Positions 10,957-20,530 of a stretch of 32,000 nucleotides of DNA are shown here, one piece after another. This DNA comes from Methylorubrum extorquens (GTDB taxonomy: Bacteria > Pseudomonadota > Alphaproteobacteria > Rhizobiales > Beijerinckiaceae). The stretch is from the NCBI GenBank assembly GCA_900234795.1, contig LT962688.1, positions 3,600,001 to 3,632,000 of the forward strand. The letters run 5' to 3'. The notes below the pieces were generated by a model. That model saw only the letters and a program-made list of their open reading frames with translations. It was not told the origin of the DNA and did not search any database. The stretch's first letter is position 1, and each line of letters opens with the position of its first letter. Made by a program: the position numbers and the translations under genes.

Positions 10957-11095
10957 CGCCCTGGCTCCCTTCCGCTCCGAAGCGCGTCCCGGTCACGATG
11001 CGACCGGTGACGACTCCGCCCCTTGCAGTGCTGCGCGGCTCCCTAACATAGGGCGGCCGAACCGGTTTGACGGTTTCGTGACAACGGCGGGCGAC

Positions 11096-11854
11096 TCACG
11101 GCCCTCCCGCAGCGTCGTCCTCTTCGCCGTCCCCCTCGTCCGCGTCCTGCCCCTCGCCGCCCCCGTCGGCTGCCTCCATCCGGTCGAGGACGGCGAGCGC
11201 GAGCGGCCGGGTGATGCGGCGGCGGCGGCCGAGCGCGTCGCGGTCGAGTTCGGCCACGACCTCGCGGACGCGGGCGAGCGAGCGGTCGATGCGCAGGGCC
11301 AGGGCATCGACCACCGAAGTGTCGATGCCGAGCTGCCGGTCGGCAAACAGCTTGACGATCACCGCCTTCAGGAGCGCGTCGTCCGGCGGGCCGATCTCGG
11401 CGCCGGGGGCGAGCCGCAGCCGCGAGCGCAGGTCGGCGACCTTGAGGCCGAAGCCGTCCACCGGCCCACAGGCCGTGAGCAGCACCGGGAAGCGGCGCTC
11501 GCGAGCGAGGTTGAGCAGATGGAACAGAGCCGCCTCGTCGCGGCCCGCCGCGCGGTCCACGTCCTCGACCACGAGGGCGCCGTTGGAAATCAGATGCGAA
11601 ACGCGGTCCATCGCGACGTCCGCGGCGGAGACCGTCCAGGCTTGCGCCCGCGTCGCCCAGATCGAGGCGAGATGGCTCTTGCCGCTGCCGGGCGGGCCGC
11701 GGAGCAGGAACACCGTGTCCGGCCAGTCGGGCCATGCCTCGATCAGGGCATAGGCCTCCTCGTTGGAGGGGCTGACGAGAAAGTCCTCGGCGCCGTAGCG
11801 CGGGTCGAGCGGCAGGTCGAAGGTGAGCTGCTTCGGGGGTTCCGTGTCGCGCAT
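11096..11854 (-). CDS. hdaA: DnaA-related regulatory inactivator HdaA, 252 aa
   Basis: It is a short DnaA domain-III-like AAA+ protein with Walker A LLRGPPGSGKSHL and Walker B-like ALVVEDVD, and an N-terminal QLTFDL clamp-binding-type motif. It ends in an acidic C-terminal tail. The start is the ATG at 11854. Confidence 0.8.
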   Translation of the reverse strand: MRDTEPPKQLTFDLPLDPRYGAEDFLVSPSNEEAYALIEAWPDWPDTVFLLRGPPGSGKSHLASIWATRAQAWTVSAADVAMDRVSHLISNGALVVEDVDRAAGRDEAALFHLLNLARERRFPVLLTACGPVDGFGLKVADLRSRLRLAPGAEIGPPDDALLKAVIVKLFADRQLGIDTSVVDALALRIDRSLARVREVVAELDRDALGRRRRITRPLALAVLDRMEAADGGGEGQDADEGDGEEDDAAGGP

Positions 11855-11973
11855 CCTCGCACCTTACACCAAGTTGCTCGACACGAGTCGGGAGACGAGC
11901 GCCCGGCGGACGCCCGCACTGCCTTCAACCATCGGCAAGGATCGTCGGCGCGGGATTCTCCGCCGCCGCGCGA

Positions 11974-13087
11974 TCAATCGCGGGCGGGCAGCGTCGAGTT
12001 CCCTGACTCCCCGATCAGCAGCGGCCCGTCGCCCCGGTAGAGCTTGCTCTCGAGGTAGCGCTCGATGCCGAAGCGCACGATGACGCCGATGGAGGCCGCG
12101 ACCGGCACCGCGAGCAGGAGGCCGAGGAAGCCGAACAGCGAGCCGAAGGCGAGCAGCGCAAACATCAGCCAGACCGGATGGAGCCCGACCGAGTCGCCCA
12201 CGAGCTTGGGCGAGATCACGTTGCCTTCGAGGAACTGCCCGACGAGGAACACCCCGACGGTGAAGCCGATATGCAGCCAGTCGCCGCTGGGCCACCACTG
12301 CACCAGAGCGACGCCGACCGAGAGCAGGAAGCCGGTGAGCGTGCCGACATAGGGGATGAAGGTGAGGAAGCCCGAGATCATCCCGATCAACACGCCGAAG
12401 TTCAGCCCGACAAGGAACAGGCCGACCGCGTAGAACGAGCCGAGGATCAGGCAGACGAGGCTCTGGCCGCGCACGAAGCCGGTCACCGCCCCGTCGATCT
12501 CGCCCGCGAGCCGCCGCGCCGTCGGACGGTGGCGTGGGGGGCACCCAGCCGTCGAGGGCAGCGATCATCCGGTCCCAGTCGTGCAGCACGTAGAAGGCGA
12601 CGACCGGCGTGACGACGAGCAGCGAAGCGATGGAGACGAGCGCCTGGCTCCCCGTCCAGAGCGACTTGAGGAAGGCCAGGAACCACGCCCCGCCCTGCCC
12701 GACCAGCGTGCCGACGGAGGATTGCAGTTCGTTGACGACCTCCGTGCCGCCGATCCGCTGGAGCAGCGGCCCCGCCCGCTCCACGAGGATGCTCTGCAGC
12801 CGTCCGACCATGGTCGGCAGGGAATTGACGAGCGAGGCGATCTGCCCGGCGGCCAGCGGCACGACGATGATGAGCACCACCACGAACCCGACCACGAAGC
12901 CCGCTAAGATCAGCAGGGTCGCAGCGAGCCGGCCGAGGCCGAGCCGCTCCAGCCGGTCGGCCAGCGGATCGAGCAGGTAGGCCAGCGCCAGCCCCGCCAC
13001 GAAGGGCAGCATCACCTCGCGCAGCTCGTAGAGCAGGAAGACGACCACCGCGAGGATCGACAGCCCGATGATTGCCCGCCCACGCAT
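11974..13087 (-). pseudogene. AI-2E family (PerM/UPF0118) transporter interrupted by a 1-nt frameshift at a G6 run (12536-12541)
   Basis: The N-terminal half (ATG 13087, MRGRAIIGLSILAVVVFLLYELREVMLPFVAGLALAYLLDP...DWDRMIAALDGWVPP) and the C-terminal half (RHRPTARRLAGEIDGAVTGFVRGQSLVCLILGSFYAVG...LLLAVPVAASIGVIVRF, stop at 11974) are both typical AI-2E sequence but lie in adjacent frames. Deleting one G from 12536-12541 gives one 370-aa ORF. Confidence 0.75.
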
Positions 13088-13391
13088 CGAGATGCCGTCC
13101 CCCGTCAATCCGTCCGGCGCGGACAGTGGGAAGCGGGGCGCGCCCGGTCAAGGCAGACCTCGCATGGCGGGCCTTGCCGCGCGCAGCGGGAAGGCGTTCG
13201 ATCGCCGCCTCGCCTCGTCGGGAGAGGGCGCCACGGCAACCGAGGACACCGATCGAGGCGGTTTTTCGCCCGCGGCACGGCATGATGCTGTGCCCGAACA
13301 CGCCGCCCCGCGCCGGTGACAGTGGCCAATCGCGCCGCGATGTGGCAGCGGGTTTTGGCATGATCAGCGATTACCGGACGACGGGGCGGCG

Positions 13392-14459
13392 ATGACGGCG
13401 CAGGACGGAAACGGGCTCACCTACGCGCAGGCCGGCGTCGACATCGACGCGGGCAACGCGCTCGTCGAGACGATCAAGCCGCTGGTGCGCGCCACGCGCC
13501 GGCCGGGGGCGGATGCGGAGATCGGCGGCTTCGGCGGCCTGTTCGACCTCAAGGCCGCCGGCTTCAAGGACGCGATCCTGGTCGCCGCCAATGACGGCGT
13601 CGGCACCAAGGTGAAGATCGCCATCGAGACCGGACGCCACCACACGATCGGCATCGACCTCGTGGCGATGTGCGTCAACGACATCATCGTGCAGGGCGCC
13701 GAGCCGCTGTTCTTCCTCGACTACTACGCCACCGGAAAGCTGGTGCCGGGCGTCGGCGCCGACATCGTGCGCGGCATCGCCGAGGGCTGCCGGCAGGCGG
13801 GCTGCGCGCTGATCGGCGGCGAGACCGCCGAGATGCCGGGCCTCTACGACGGCGCCGACTACGATCTCGCCGGCTTCTCGGTGGGCGCGGCCGAGCGCGG
13901 CACGCTGCTGCCGCGCCCCGGCATCCTGCCCGGCGACGTCGTGCTCGGCCTGCCCTCCTCGGGCGTGCACTCGAACGGGTTCTCGCTGGTGCGGCGGATC
14001 GTGGCCAAGACCGGCCTCGGCTATGACGCCGACGCGCCGTTCGCGCCGGGCCGCAGCCTCGGCGAGGCACTGCTGGAGCCGACCCGGATCTACGTGAAGC
14101 CGCTGCTCGCCGCCCTGAAGCGGGCCGGCGGCATCCGGGCGCTCGCCCACATCACCGGCGGCGGCTTCCCCGACAACCTCCCCCGCGTCCTGCCCGACGG
14201 CGTCGGCATCGCGATCGACCTCTCGGCGATTGCCGTGCCGCCGGTCTTCGGCTGGCTGGCGCGCGAGGGCGGTGTCGCGGAAGCGGAGATGCTGCGCACC
14301 TTCAACTGCGGCATCGGCATGGTGGTGGTCGCCGCCGCCGATGCGGCCGACGCCGTGGCGGACGCGCTGACCGAGGCCGGCGAGGCGCCGGTCCGGCTCG
14401 GGCAGATCACCGAGCGCGGGGCGGAAGCCGTGACCTTCACGGGGCAGCTCGCCCTGTGA
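13392..14459 (+). CDS. purM: phosphoribosylformylglycinamidine cyclo-ligase (AIR synthetase), 355 aa
   Basis: The N-terminus [23 protein letters not shown], the [10 protein letters not shown] motif and [12 protein letters not shown] are all hallmark PurM motifs. Confidence 0.95.
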   Translation: MTAQDGNGLTYAQAGVDIDAGNALVETIKPLVRATRRPGADAEIGGFGGLFDLKAAGFKDAILVAANDGVGTKVKIAIETGRHHTIGIDLVAMCVNDIIVQGAEPLFFLDYYATGKLVPGVGADIVRGIAEGCRQAGCALIGGETAEMPGLYDGADYDLAGFSVGAAERGTLLPRPGILPGDVVLGLPSSGVHSNGFSLVRRIVAKTGLGYDADAPFAPGRSLGEALLEPTRIYVKPLLAALKRAGGIRALAHITGGGFPDNLPRVLPDGVGIAIDLSAIAVPPVFGWLAREGGVAEAEMLRTFNCGIGMVVVAAADAADAVADALTEAGEAPVRLGQITERGAEAVTFTGQLAL

Positions 14460-15115
14460 GCGCTCCGGCCCCGAAGAAGCGCGTCGCGATCCTGATCTCG
14501 GGCCGCGGCTCGAACATGGTCTCCCTGATCGAGGCGGCGCGCGCCCCCGATTATCCGGCCGAGATCGTGCTCGTGCTCTCGAACCGCCCCGACGCCGCCG
14601 GCCTCGACCGCGCGCGGGCGGCGGGCATCCCGGCCCGCGCCATCGACCACAAGGCGTTCCCCGATCGCGCCCGCTTCGACGCCGCGCTCCAGGCAGAGCT
14701 GGACGAAGCGGGCATCGAGCTGATCGTGCTCGCCGGCTTCATGCGCATCCTCACCGACGCCTTCGTCGAGGCTTGGGGCGGCCGGATGATCAACATCCAC
14801 CCCTCGCTGCTGCCGCTGTTCAAGGGCACGCACACCCATGAGCGCGCGCTGGACGCCGGCGTGCGCCTGCATGGCTGCACCGTGCATTACGTCGTGCCGG
14901 AACTCGATGCCGGGCCGATCGTGGCGCAGGCCGCCGTGCCGGTCCTGCCGGGCGATGACGCCGACACGCTGAGCGCCCGGGTGATCGTGCAGGAGCACCG
15001 GCTCTACCCGGCCGCGCTCGCCCTGATCGCGGGCGGCGGCGCCGTGTTGGAAGGCAGCCGCGTGCGCTTCACAGCGCAAGCGCGCGACGCCGGGGCCGCG
15101 ATCCTCTCGCTCTGA
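14456..15115 (+). CDS. purN: phosphoribosylglycinamide formyltransferase, 219 aa
   Basis: It has [12 protein letters not shown], the [12 protein letters not shown] motif and GCTVHYV. Its GTG start overlaps the purM stop (GTGA at 14456-14459). Confidence 0.93.
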   Translation: MSAPAPKKRVAILISGRGSNMVSLIEAARAPDYPAEIVLVLSNRPDAAGLDRARAAGIPARAIDHKAFPDRARFDAALQAELDEAGIELIVLAGFMRILTDAFVEAWGGRMINIHPSLLPLFKGTHTHERALDAGVRLHGCTVHYVVPELDAGPIVAQAAVPVLPGDDADTLSARVIVQEHRLYPAALALIAGGGAVLEGSRVRFTAQARDAGAAILSL

Positions 15116-15141
15116 GCCCATTTTCATGGGGCAGCTCCAAC

Positions 15142-15261
15142 CCTCCACCTCATCCTGAGGTGCCACGAAGCAGCCTCGAAGGGTGCTCCCGTTTCCGCGC
15201 GATCCCTGGACGCTCCTTCGAGGGCGACGCTTCGCGTCGCCACCTCAGGATGAGGGTGAGG
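15142..15261. repeat. ~120-bp palindromic REP/MITE-like element in convergent purN/spoVR spacer
   Basis: The outer arms are CCTCCACCTCATCCTGAGGTG (15142-15162) and CACCTCAGGATGAGGGTGAGG (15241-15261), with a 15-bp perfect core. Nested inner arms are GCCTCGAAGG (15173-) and CCTTCGAGGGC (15215-). The family resembles the CTCATCCTGAGG...CCTCGAAGG palindromic repeats that are abundant in Methylobacterium/Bradyrhizobium genomes. Confidence 0.8.
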
Positions 15262-15291
15262 ATGGGAGCGGCCGAGCCGGCTTTCTGACAG

Positions 15292-16863
15292 TCAGAAGAA
15301 GATCGGCCGCGCGCTCGCCGAGTGCTCGACCAGCACCGCGCCGGTGGCCGGATCGACCTCCTTGAGCACCGCGTCGTAGCCCCAGAGGTCGGCGAGGTGC
15401 TGGAGCACGCGGCGGGCATCCTCCCGCTGCAGGGTGATGCGGTTGAGCGCCTTGTGGTGGAGGATCAGCCGGCGGTCGCCCTCGAGATCGACATCCACCA
15501 CCTCGATGTCGGGGTCGAGCCACGCTACGTCGTATTGGCGCGCGAAGGAGCGCCGCATCTTGCGGTAGCCGCGCTCGTCGTGGATCGCCGCGACGCGCAT
15601 CTCCGGCTCGTCGGGATCGTCCACGACGTGAAACAGCCGCATGTCGCGCATCAGCTTCGGGCTCAGGAACTGCGCGATGAAGCTTTCGTCGCGGTAGTTC
15701 TCCCAGCAATCGCGCAGCACGCCCATGGCATCGCCGGTCCCGGCGATGTCGGGGAACCACTCGCGGTCCTCGTCGCTCGGCTGCTCCACGATGCGGGCGA
15801 TGTCCTGCATCATGGCAAAGCCCAGGGCGTAGGGGTTGTGGCCGCCGAAGGACCGGTCGTCGAAATTCGGCTGGCGGATGACGTTGGTGTGCGAGGTCAG
15901 GAACTCGAGATAGGCCGCCTCGCTGAGCTGCCCCTTCTGCGAGAGGGAATTCATGATCCGGTAGTGGCAGTAGGTGGCGCAGCCCTCGTTCATCACCTTG
16001 GTCTGACGCTGCGGGTAGAAGTACTGCGCGACCAGCCGGACAATTCGAAGAATCTCGCGCTGCCAGGGCCGCAGACGCGGGGCCACCTTCTCCAGGAAGT
16101 AGAGGATGTTTTCTTGGGGCAGTTCCAAGAGCGCCTTGCGCCGCTCCAGCGCCGGGTCGCCCTTGGCCGCGCCGGTCTTGGCCGGCAGGGTGCGCCAGAG
16201 GTCGTTGTAGATCTGCTCGCCGTGTTCCTCGCGCTCACGCTCCCGGCGCTGCTCGCTCGCCAGATCCGGTCGCTTCTTGCGGGGATAGCGGTGGACGCCC
16301 TGGCTCATCAGGGCGTGGGCGGCGTCGAGCACGTGCTCGACCGCCTGATGCCCATAGCGCTCCTCGCAGCGGGCGATGTAGCTCTTGGCGAAGTCGAGAT
16401 AGTCGAGGATGCCCTCGGCATCGGTCCATTGCCGGAACAGATAGTTGTTCTTGAAGAAGTGGTTATGCCCGAAGGCGGCGTGGGCGATCACGAGCGTCTG
16501 CATCGTCGCCGTGTTCTCCTCCATCACGTAGGAGATGCACGGATCGGAGTTGATGACGATCTCGTAGGCGAGCCCCATCAGGCCGCGGCGGTAGCTCGCC
16601 TCCTGCTGGGCGAAGTGCTTGCCGAAGGACCAGTGCTTGTAGAACAGCGGCATGCCGATCGAGGCATAGGCGTCGAGCATTTGCTCGGCGGTGATGATCT
16701 CGATCTGGTTCGGGTACCACGACAGGCCGAGTTCGGGTCCGGCCACGGCTTCGCAGGCATCGTGGATGCGCCGGATCGTCTCGAAGTCCCAGTCATTGCC
16801 GGAAAACAGCAGCTCGCCCGGTTTGGGTGCTGTCGACTTCGTGCGGCTCAGGCTCGCGACCAT
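15292..16863 (-). CDS. SpoVR family protein (YcgB-like), 523 aa
   Basis: The ATG at 16863 opens MVASLSRTKSTAPKPGELLFSGNDWDFETIRRIHDACEAVAGPELGLSWYPNQIEIITAEQMLDAYASIGMPLFYKHWSFGK, a typical SpoVR N-terminus. It is the third gene of the prkA-yeaH-spoVR cluster. Confidence 0.9.
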   Translation of the reverse strand: MVASLSRTKSTAPKPGELLFSGNDWDFETIRRIHDACEAVAGPELGLSWYPNQIEIITAEQMLDAYASIGMPLFYKHWSFGKHFAQQEASYRRGLMGLAYEIVINSDPCISYVMEENTATMQTLVIAHAAFGHNHFFKNNYLFRQWTDAEGILDYLDFAKSYIARCEERYGHQAVEHVLDAAHALMSQGVHRYPRKKRPDLASEQRREREREEHGEQIYNDLWRTLPAKTGAAKGDPALERRKALLELPQENILYFLEKVAPRLRPWQREILRIVRLVAQYFYPQRQTKVMNEGCATYCHYRIMNSLSQKGQLSEAAYLEFLTSHTNVIRQPNFDDRSFGGHNPYALGFAMMQDIARIVEQPSDEDREWFPDIAGTGDAMGVLRDCWENYRDESFIAQFLSPKLMRDMRLFHVVDDPDEPEMRVAAIHDERGYRKMRRSFARQYDVAWLDPDIEVVDVDLEGDRRLILHHKALNRITLQREDARRVLQHLADLWGYDAVLKEVDPATGAVLVEHSASARPIFF

Positions 16864-16910
16864 GTCGGCCCTTCTCTTCGACGCTGTCTCGCCTCCCCTC
16901 GCGGGGAGGC

Positions 16911-18215
16911 TTATCGATCCGCCTCCGCCCGCGCGTCCTTGCGGCCGAACAGCTCGCGGAACACGGGGTAGATGTCGCGGCGGTGGTTCACCTTGCGCAT
17001 GGCGAGCGGTTCGCCGGCCTTGGCCAACGCCTCGTAGGTCCGCCACAGGGTGGTGCGGTGCTCGACGAAGCCGGCGCGCGGACCGTTCTCGTCGCCGACT
17101 TCGAGATAGGCGAAATGCTGGCAGGCCGGCAGGATGTGCGCGCGCAGCAATTCGGTCGAGGTCGGCCCGTCGGAGGAGACGTTGTCGCCGTCCGAGGCCT
17201 GCGCGGCGTAGATGTTCCAGTCGTCCGGCGAGTAGCGCTCGGTGACGATGCGCTTCATCTCGGCCAGCGCCGAGGAGACCAGCGTGCCGCCGGTCTCGCG
17301 GGAGCCGAAGAAGGTCTCCTCGTCCACCTCGGCCGCCTTGTCGGTATGGCGGATGAAGACGATCTCGACGTGCTTGTAGCGGCGCGTCAGGAAGATGTGC
17401 AGCAGGATGTAGAAGCGCTTGGCCAGATCCTTCATGTGCTCGGTCATCGAGCCCGAGACGTCCATCAGGCAGAACATCACGGCCTGGGCGATCGGCTTCG
17501 GATAGGGCTCGAAGCGGCGGAAGCGCAGGTCGATCGGATCGACATAGGGGATGCGCTTCGAGCGCTCGCGCAGTTCGAGCAGCTTGAGCTTCAGGTCGGG
17601 CAGGCGCGGATCCCTGGCGGTCTCAGCCGCGGCGATCTCGGCCTCCAAGGCCGCCACCTCCTCCAGCTTCGGCCGCTTGAGGGCGATGCGCCGGGACATG
17701 GAATTGCGCAGGGTGCGCGAGAGGGCGAGGTTCGCCGGCGACCCTGAGACGGTGTAGCCGGCCCGGCGCAGGCCTTCCGTCTCGACCACCGCCAGCCGCC
17801 GCTTGGCGAGATCCGGCAGTTCGAGGTCTTCGAGGAAGAGGTCGAGGAATTCCTCACGCGTCAGGACGAAGTGGAAGGCGTCCTCGCCATTCTCGCCGCC
17901 GTCTCCGCCCTCGCCGGAGCCGCCGCCTCCCCCGCCGCCCGGCGGGCGCTCGATGCGGTCGCCCTCCACGTAGGTCTTGTTGCCGGGCAGGATGTAGTCC
18001 TGATGGCCCGTGCCCGGCTGGCGCGAGAAGCGCGGCTCGCGCACCCCGTCGCCGGGCACGGTGATGCGCCCGTCCTTGCCGAGGTTCTTGATATCCTTCT
18101 CTCGGGCGGATTCCCGAACCGCGCGCTGTGCGACGTCCTTGACCCGGCGCAGGAAGCGTTGGCGGTTCGGGAGGCTCTTACCACCTGGATTGAGCCGACG
18201 GTCGACGATGTGCAT
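16911..18215 (-). CDS. YeaH/YhbH family protein (DUF444, vWA-like), 434 aa
   Basis: The ATG at 18215 opens MHIVDRRLNPGGKSLPNRQRFLRRVKD, the canonical family start. It has a Gly-rich linker (GGGGGGGSGEGGDGGENGED) and a C-terminal vWA-like region (VMFCLMDVSGSM). Confidence 0.9.
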   Translation of the reverse strand: MHIVDRRLNPGGKSLPNRQRFLRRVKDVAQRAVRESAREKDIKNLGKDGRITVPGDGVREPRFSRQPGTGHQDYILPGNKTYVEGDRIERPPGGGGGGGSGEGGDGGENGEDAFHFVLTREEFLDLFLEDLELPDLAKRRLAVVETEGLRRAGYTVSGSPANLALSRTLRNSMSRRIALKRPKLEEVAALEAEIAAAETARDPRLPDLKLKLLELRERSKRIPYVDPIDLRFRRFEPYPKPIAQAVMFCLMDVSGSMTEHMKDLAKRFYILLHIFLTRRYKHVEIVFIRHTDKAAEVDEETFFGSRETGGTLVSSALAEMKRIVTERYSPDDWNIYAAQASDGDNVSSDGPTSTELLRAHILPACQHFAYLEVGDENGPRAGFVEHRTTLWRTYEALAKAGEPLAMRKVNHRRDIYPVFRELFGRKDARAEADR

Positions 18216-18318
18216 CCGGGGTCGCTCAGCGCCTTCAAGTCTCACGTCCCCGCTCGGGGACAAAGGTGCGGAAGTGCGGCGGCGGATGCCGGAAGACTTC
18301 GCCTCAGAGGGCTTGCCC

Positions 18319-20271
18319 TCAACCCGCCTGCTTCACCCGCATGTACCATTCCACGAGTCGCCGGACCTGCCGTTCGGTGTAGCCCCGATCCGTCATGCGA
18401 TCGACGAACTCGCCGTGCTTCTTCTCCGTGTCGCTGTCCTTCTTGGATCCAAAGGAGATCACGGGCAGCAGTTCCTCAACCTGAGAGAACATCCGCCGTT
18501 CGATCACTTCGCGCAACTTCTCGTAGGATGTCCAGGACGGGTTGCGCCCGCCGTGCTGCGCCCGTGAGCGCAGCGCGAACTTCACCACTTCGTTGCGGAA
18601 ATCCTTCGGGTTGGCGATGCCCGCCGGCTTCTCGATCTTGGTCAGCTCTTGGTTGAGGAGCTCACGGTTGAGCAGCTGGCCGGTCTCGGCGTCCTTGAAG
18701 TCCTGATCCTCGATCCAGGCGTCCGCGTAGTCGATGTAGCGGTCGAACAGGTTCTGCCCGTAATCGTGGTAGGATTCGAGATAGGCCTTCTGGATCTCGT
18801 GGCCGATGAACTCGGCATAGCGCGGAGCGAGTTCGGTCTTGATGAACTCGATGTAGCGCTTCTCGGTCTCCGGCGGCAGTTGCTCGCGCCGGATCGCCTG
18901 TTCCAGCACGTACATCAAGTGGACCGGATCGGCCGAGACCTCGGTGGTGTCGTGGTTGAAGGTCGCGGCCAGCACCTTGAAGGCGAAGCGGGTCGAGATC
19001 CCGTCCATGCCCTCATCGACGCCGCCGGTATCCTTGTATTCCTGCATCGAGCGGGCGCGGGGATCGACCTCGCGAAGCGACTCGCCGTCGTAGACCCGCA
19101 TCTTCGAGAACAGGTTGGAATTGGCGTGCTCGCGCAGCCGCGAGAGCACCGAGAAGCGGGCCAGCATCTCCAGCGTGCCCGGCGCGCAGGCGGCGGTGGA
19201 GAGCTCGGAGCTCGAGATCAGCTTCTCGTAGATGCGCTGCTCCTCGGTGACGCGGAGGCAGTAGGGCACCTTGATGACGTAGATACGGTCGATGAAGGCT
19301 TCGTTGTTCTTGTTGGTCTTGAACGACTGCCACTCGGCTTCGTTCGAGTGCGCCAGGATCACGCCCGTGAACGGGATCGCGCCGATATTCTCGGTGCCGA
19401 CATAATTGCCCTCCTGCGTCGCCGTGAGCAGGGGGTGGAGCATCTTGATCGGCGCCTTGAACATCTCGACGAATTCGAGAACGCCCTGGTTCGCCCGGTT
19501 GAGGCCGCCCGAGTAGGAATAGGCGTCTGGATCGGCCTGGGAGAGCGTTTCGAGGCGGCGGATATCGACCTTGCCGACCAGCGAGGAGATGTCCTGGTTG
19601 TTCTCGTCGCCCGGCTCGGTCTTGGCGATGGCGATCTGGCGCAGGCGCGACGGCCGCACCTTGATCACCTTGAAGCGGGAAATGTCGCCGTCGAACTCGT
19701 CGAGGCGCTTCAGGGCCCAGGGGCTCATCAGGCCGGTGAGGCGGCGGCGCGGGATGCCGAAGCGCTCCTCGATCTCGCGGCCCATGGCCTCGGGGTCGAA
19801 CAGGCCGAGCGGGCTCTCGAAGACCGGGGAGACCTCGTCGCCGGCCTTCAGCACGTAGACCGGATGGACCTCCATCAGCGCCTTGAGGCGCTCGGCGAGC
19901 GACGACTTACCGCCGCCGACGGGGCCGAGCAGGTAGAGGATCTGCTTGCGCTCCTCCAATCCCTGCGCCGCGTGGCGGAAGAACGAGACGATCCGCTCGA
20001 TCGTCTCCTCCATGCCGTAGAACTCGGCAAAGGCCGGGTAGACCCGGATCGTGCGGTTCATGAACACCCGGCCCAGCCGCGCATCGCGGGCGGTGTCCAC
20101 CATTTCCGGCTGGCCGATCGCATCGAGGATGCGCTCGGCGGCGGAGGCGTACATCAGCGGGTTGTCGCGGCACGCCTCGAGATACTCAGAGAGCGTCATC
20201 TCCGTGTCGCGGCGTGCTTCATAGCCGCGAGCGAAGCTCTGGAACAGGTCGTTCGTCGAGTGCAGCGGCAT
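18319..20271 (-). CDS. prkA: PrkA family serine protein kinase (YeaG-like), 650 aa
   Basis: It carries Walker A LLGPVGGGKSSLAERLK and full-length similarity to PrkA/YeaG (ILAHSNEAEWQSFKTNKNNEAFIDRIYVIKVPYCLR). The ATG at 20271 has GGGGG 8 nt upstream. Confidence 0.93.
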   Translation of the reverse strand: MPLHSTNDLFQSFARGYEARRDTEMTLSEYLEACRDNPLMYASAAERILDAIGQPEMVDTARDARLGRVFMNRTIRVYPAFAEFYGMEETIERIVSFFRHAAQGLEERKQILYLLGPVGGGKSSLAERLKALMEVHPVYVLKAGDEVSPVFESPLGLFDPEAMGREIEERFGIPRRRLTGLMSPWALKRLDEFDGDISRFKVIKVRPSRLRQIAIAKTEPGDENNQDISSLVGKVDIRRLETLSQADPDAYSYSGGLNRANQGVLEFVEMFKAPIKMLHPLLTATQEGNYVGTENIGAIPFTGVILAHSNEAEWQSFKTNKNNEAFIDRIYVIKVPYCLRVTEEQRIYEKLISSSELSTAACAPGTLEMLARFSVLSRLREHANSNLFSKMRVYDGESLREVDPRARSMQEYKDTGGVDEGMDGISTRFAFKVLAATFNHDTTEVSADPVHLMYVLEQAIRREQLPPETEKRYIEFIKTELAPRYAEFIGHEIQKAYLESYHDYGQNLFDRYIDYADAWIEDQDFKDAETGQLLNRELLNQELTKIEKPAGIANPKDFRNEVVKFALRSRAQHGGRNPSWTSYEKLREVIERRMFSQVEELLPVISFGSKKDSDTEKKHGEFVDRMTDRGYTERQVRRLVEWYMRVKQAG

Positions 20272-20441
20272 TCGAACACCCCCTTCAGGCTGATGACAGC
20301 TTCATCCTGTCTCGGGTCGAACGCAACTGACATTGCGGGTTTTGTCGCACCGCCCACAGGAGGGCTGTCTTGCGTGTGAAACGGGACACACTCAAAGCTG
20401 ACCGGGATTTAGCCCGAGCTTGACCGGCCCCGGACCCGAGG

Positions 20442-20468
20442 CAGAAACCTCCGGCTGAAGACCGGAAG
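20442..20468 (-). terminator. candidate intrinsic terminator after the secreted-protein gene
   Basis: On the minus strand the stem is CUUCCGG-ucuucag-CCGGAGG (7 bp including one G-U), followed by UUUCUG. It lies 62 nt downstream of the stop at 20531. The U-tract is short. Confidence 0.35.
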
Positions 20469-20530
20469 CCCCTGGTATCCGTTAGAATTGCTGCGTCGCG
20501 GTATGATCGCGAACGAAACCGTCTATTCGA

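Noticed and set aside
10993-11000. The TCACGATG octamer upstream of ppk, shared with the 35-bp ppk-ppx repeats, considered as a common regulatory motif
   Set aside because: A single extra 8-mer match is about what chance predicts in 32 kb on two strands, and the flanking sequence does not resemble the repeat unit.
11864-11973. Continuation of the 414-aa track ORF (11864..13108) past the real permease stop
   Set aside because: After the G6 frameshift at 12536-12541 this frame encodes Arg/Pro-rich nonsense. The genuine C-terminal half is in the neighbouring frame and stops at 11974.
15183-15365. 60-aa ORF inside the palindromic element
   Set aside because: It is generated by the repeat itself and runs into the antisense of spoVR. 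This is the typical spurious ORF of this repeat family.
20320-20344. EcfG/general-stress-type promoter (GGAAC-N16-17-CGTT) upstream of prkA
   Set aside because: The best minus-strand match is AAAAC-N15-CGTT, with the wrong -35 and the wrong spacing. I also found no TGGCAC-N5-TTGC sigma54 element in 20272-20530.
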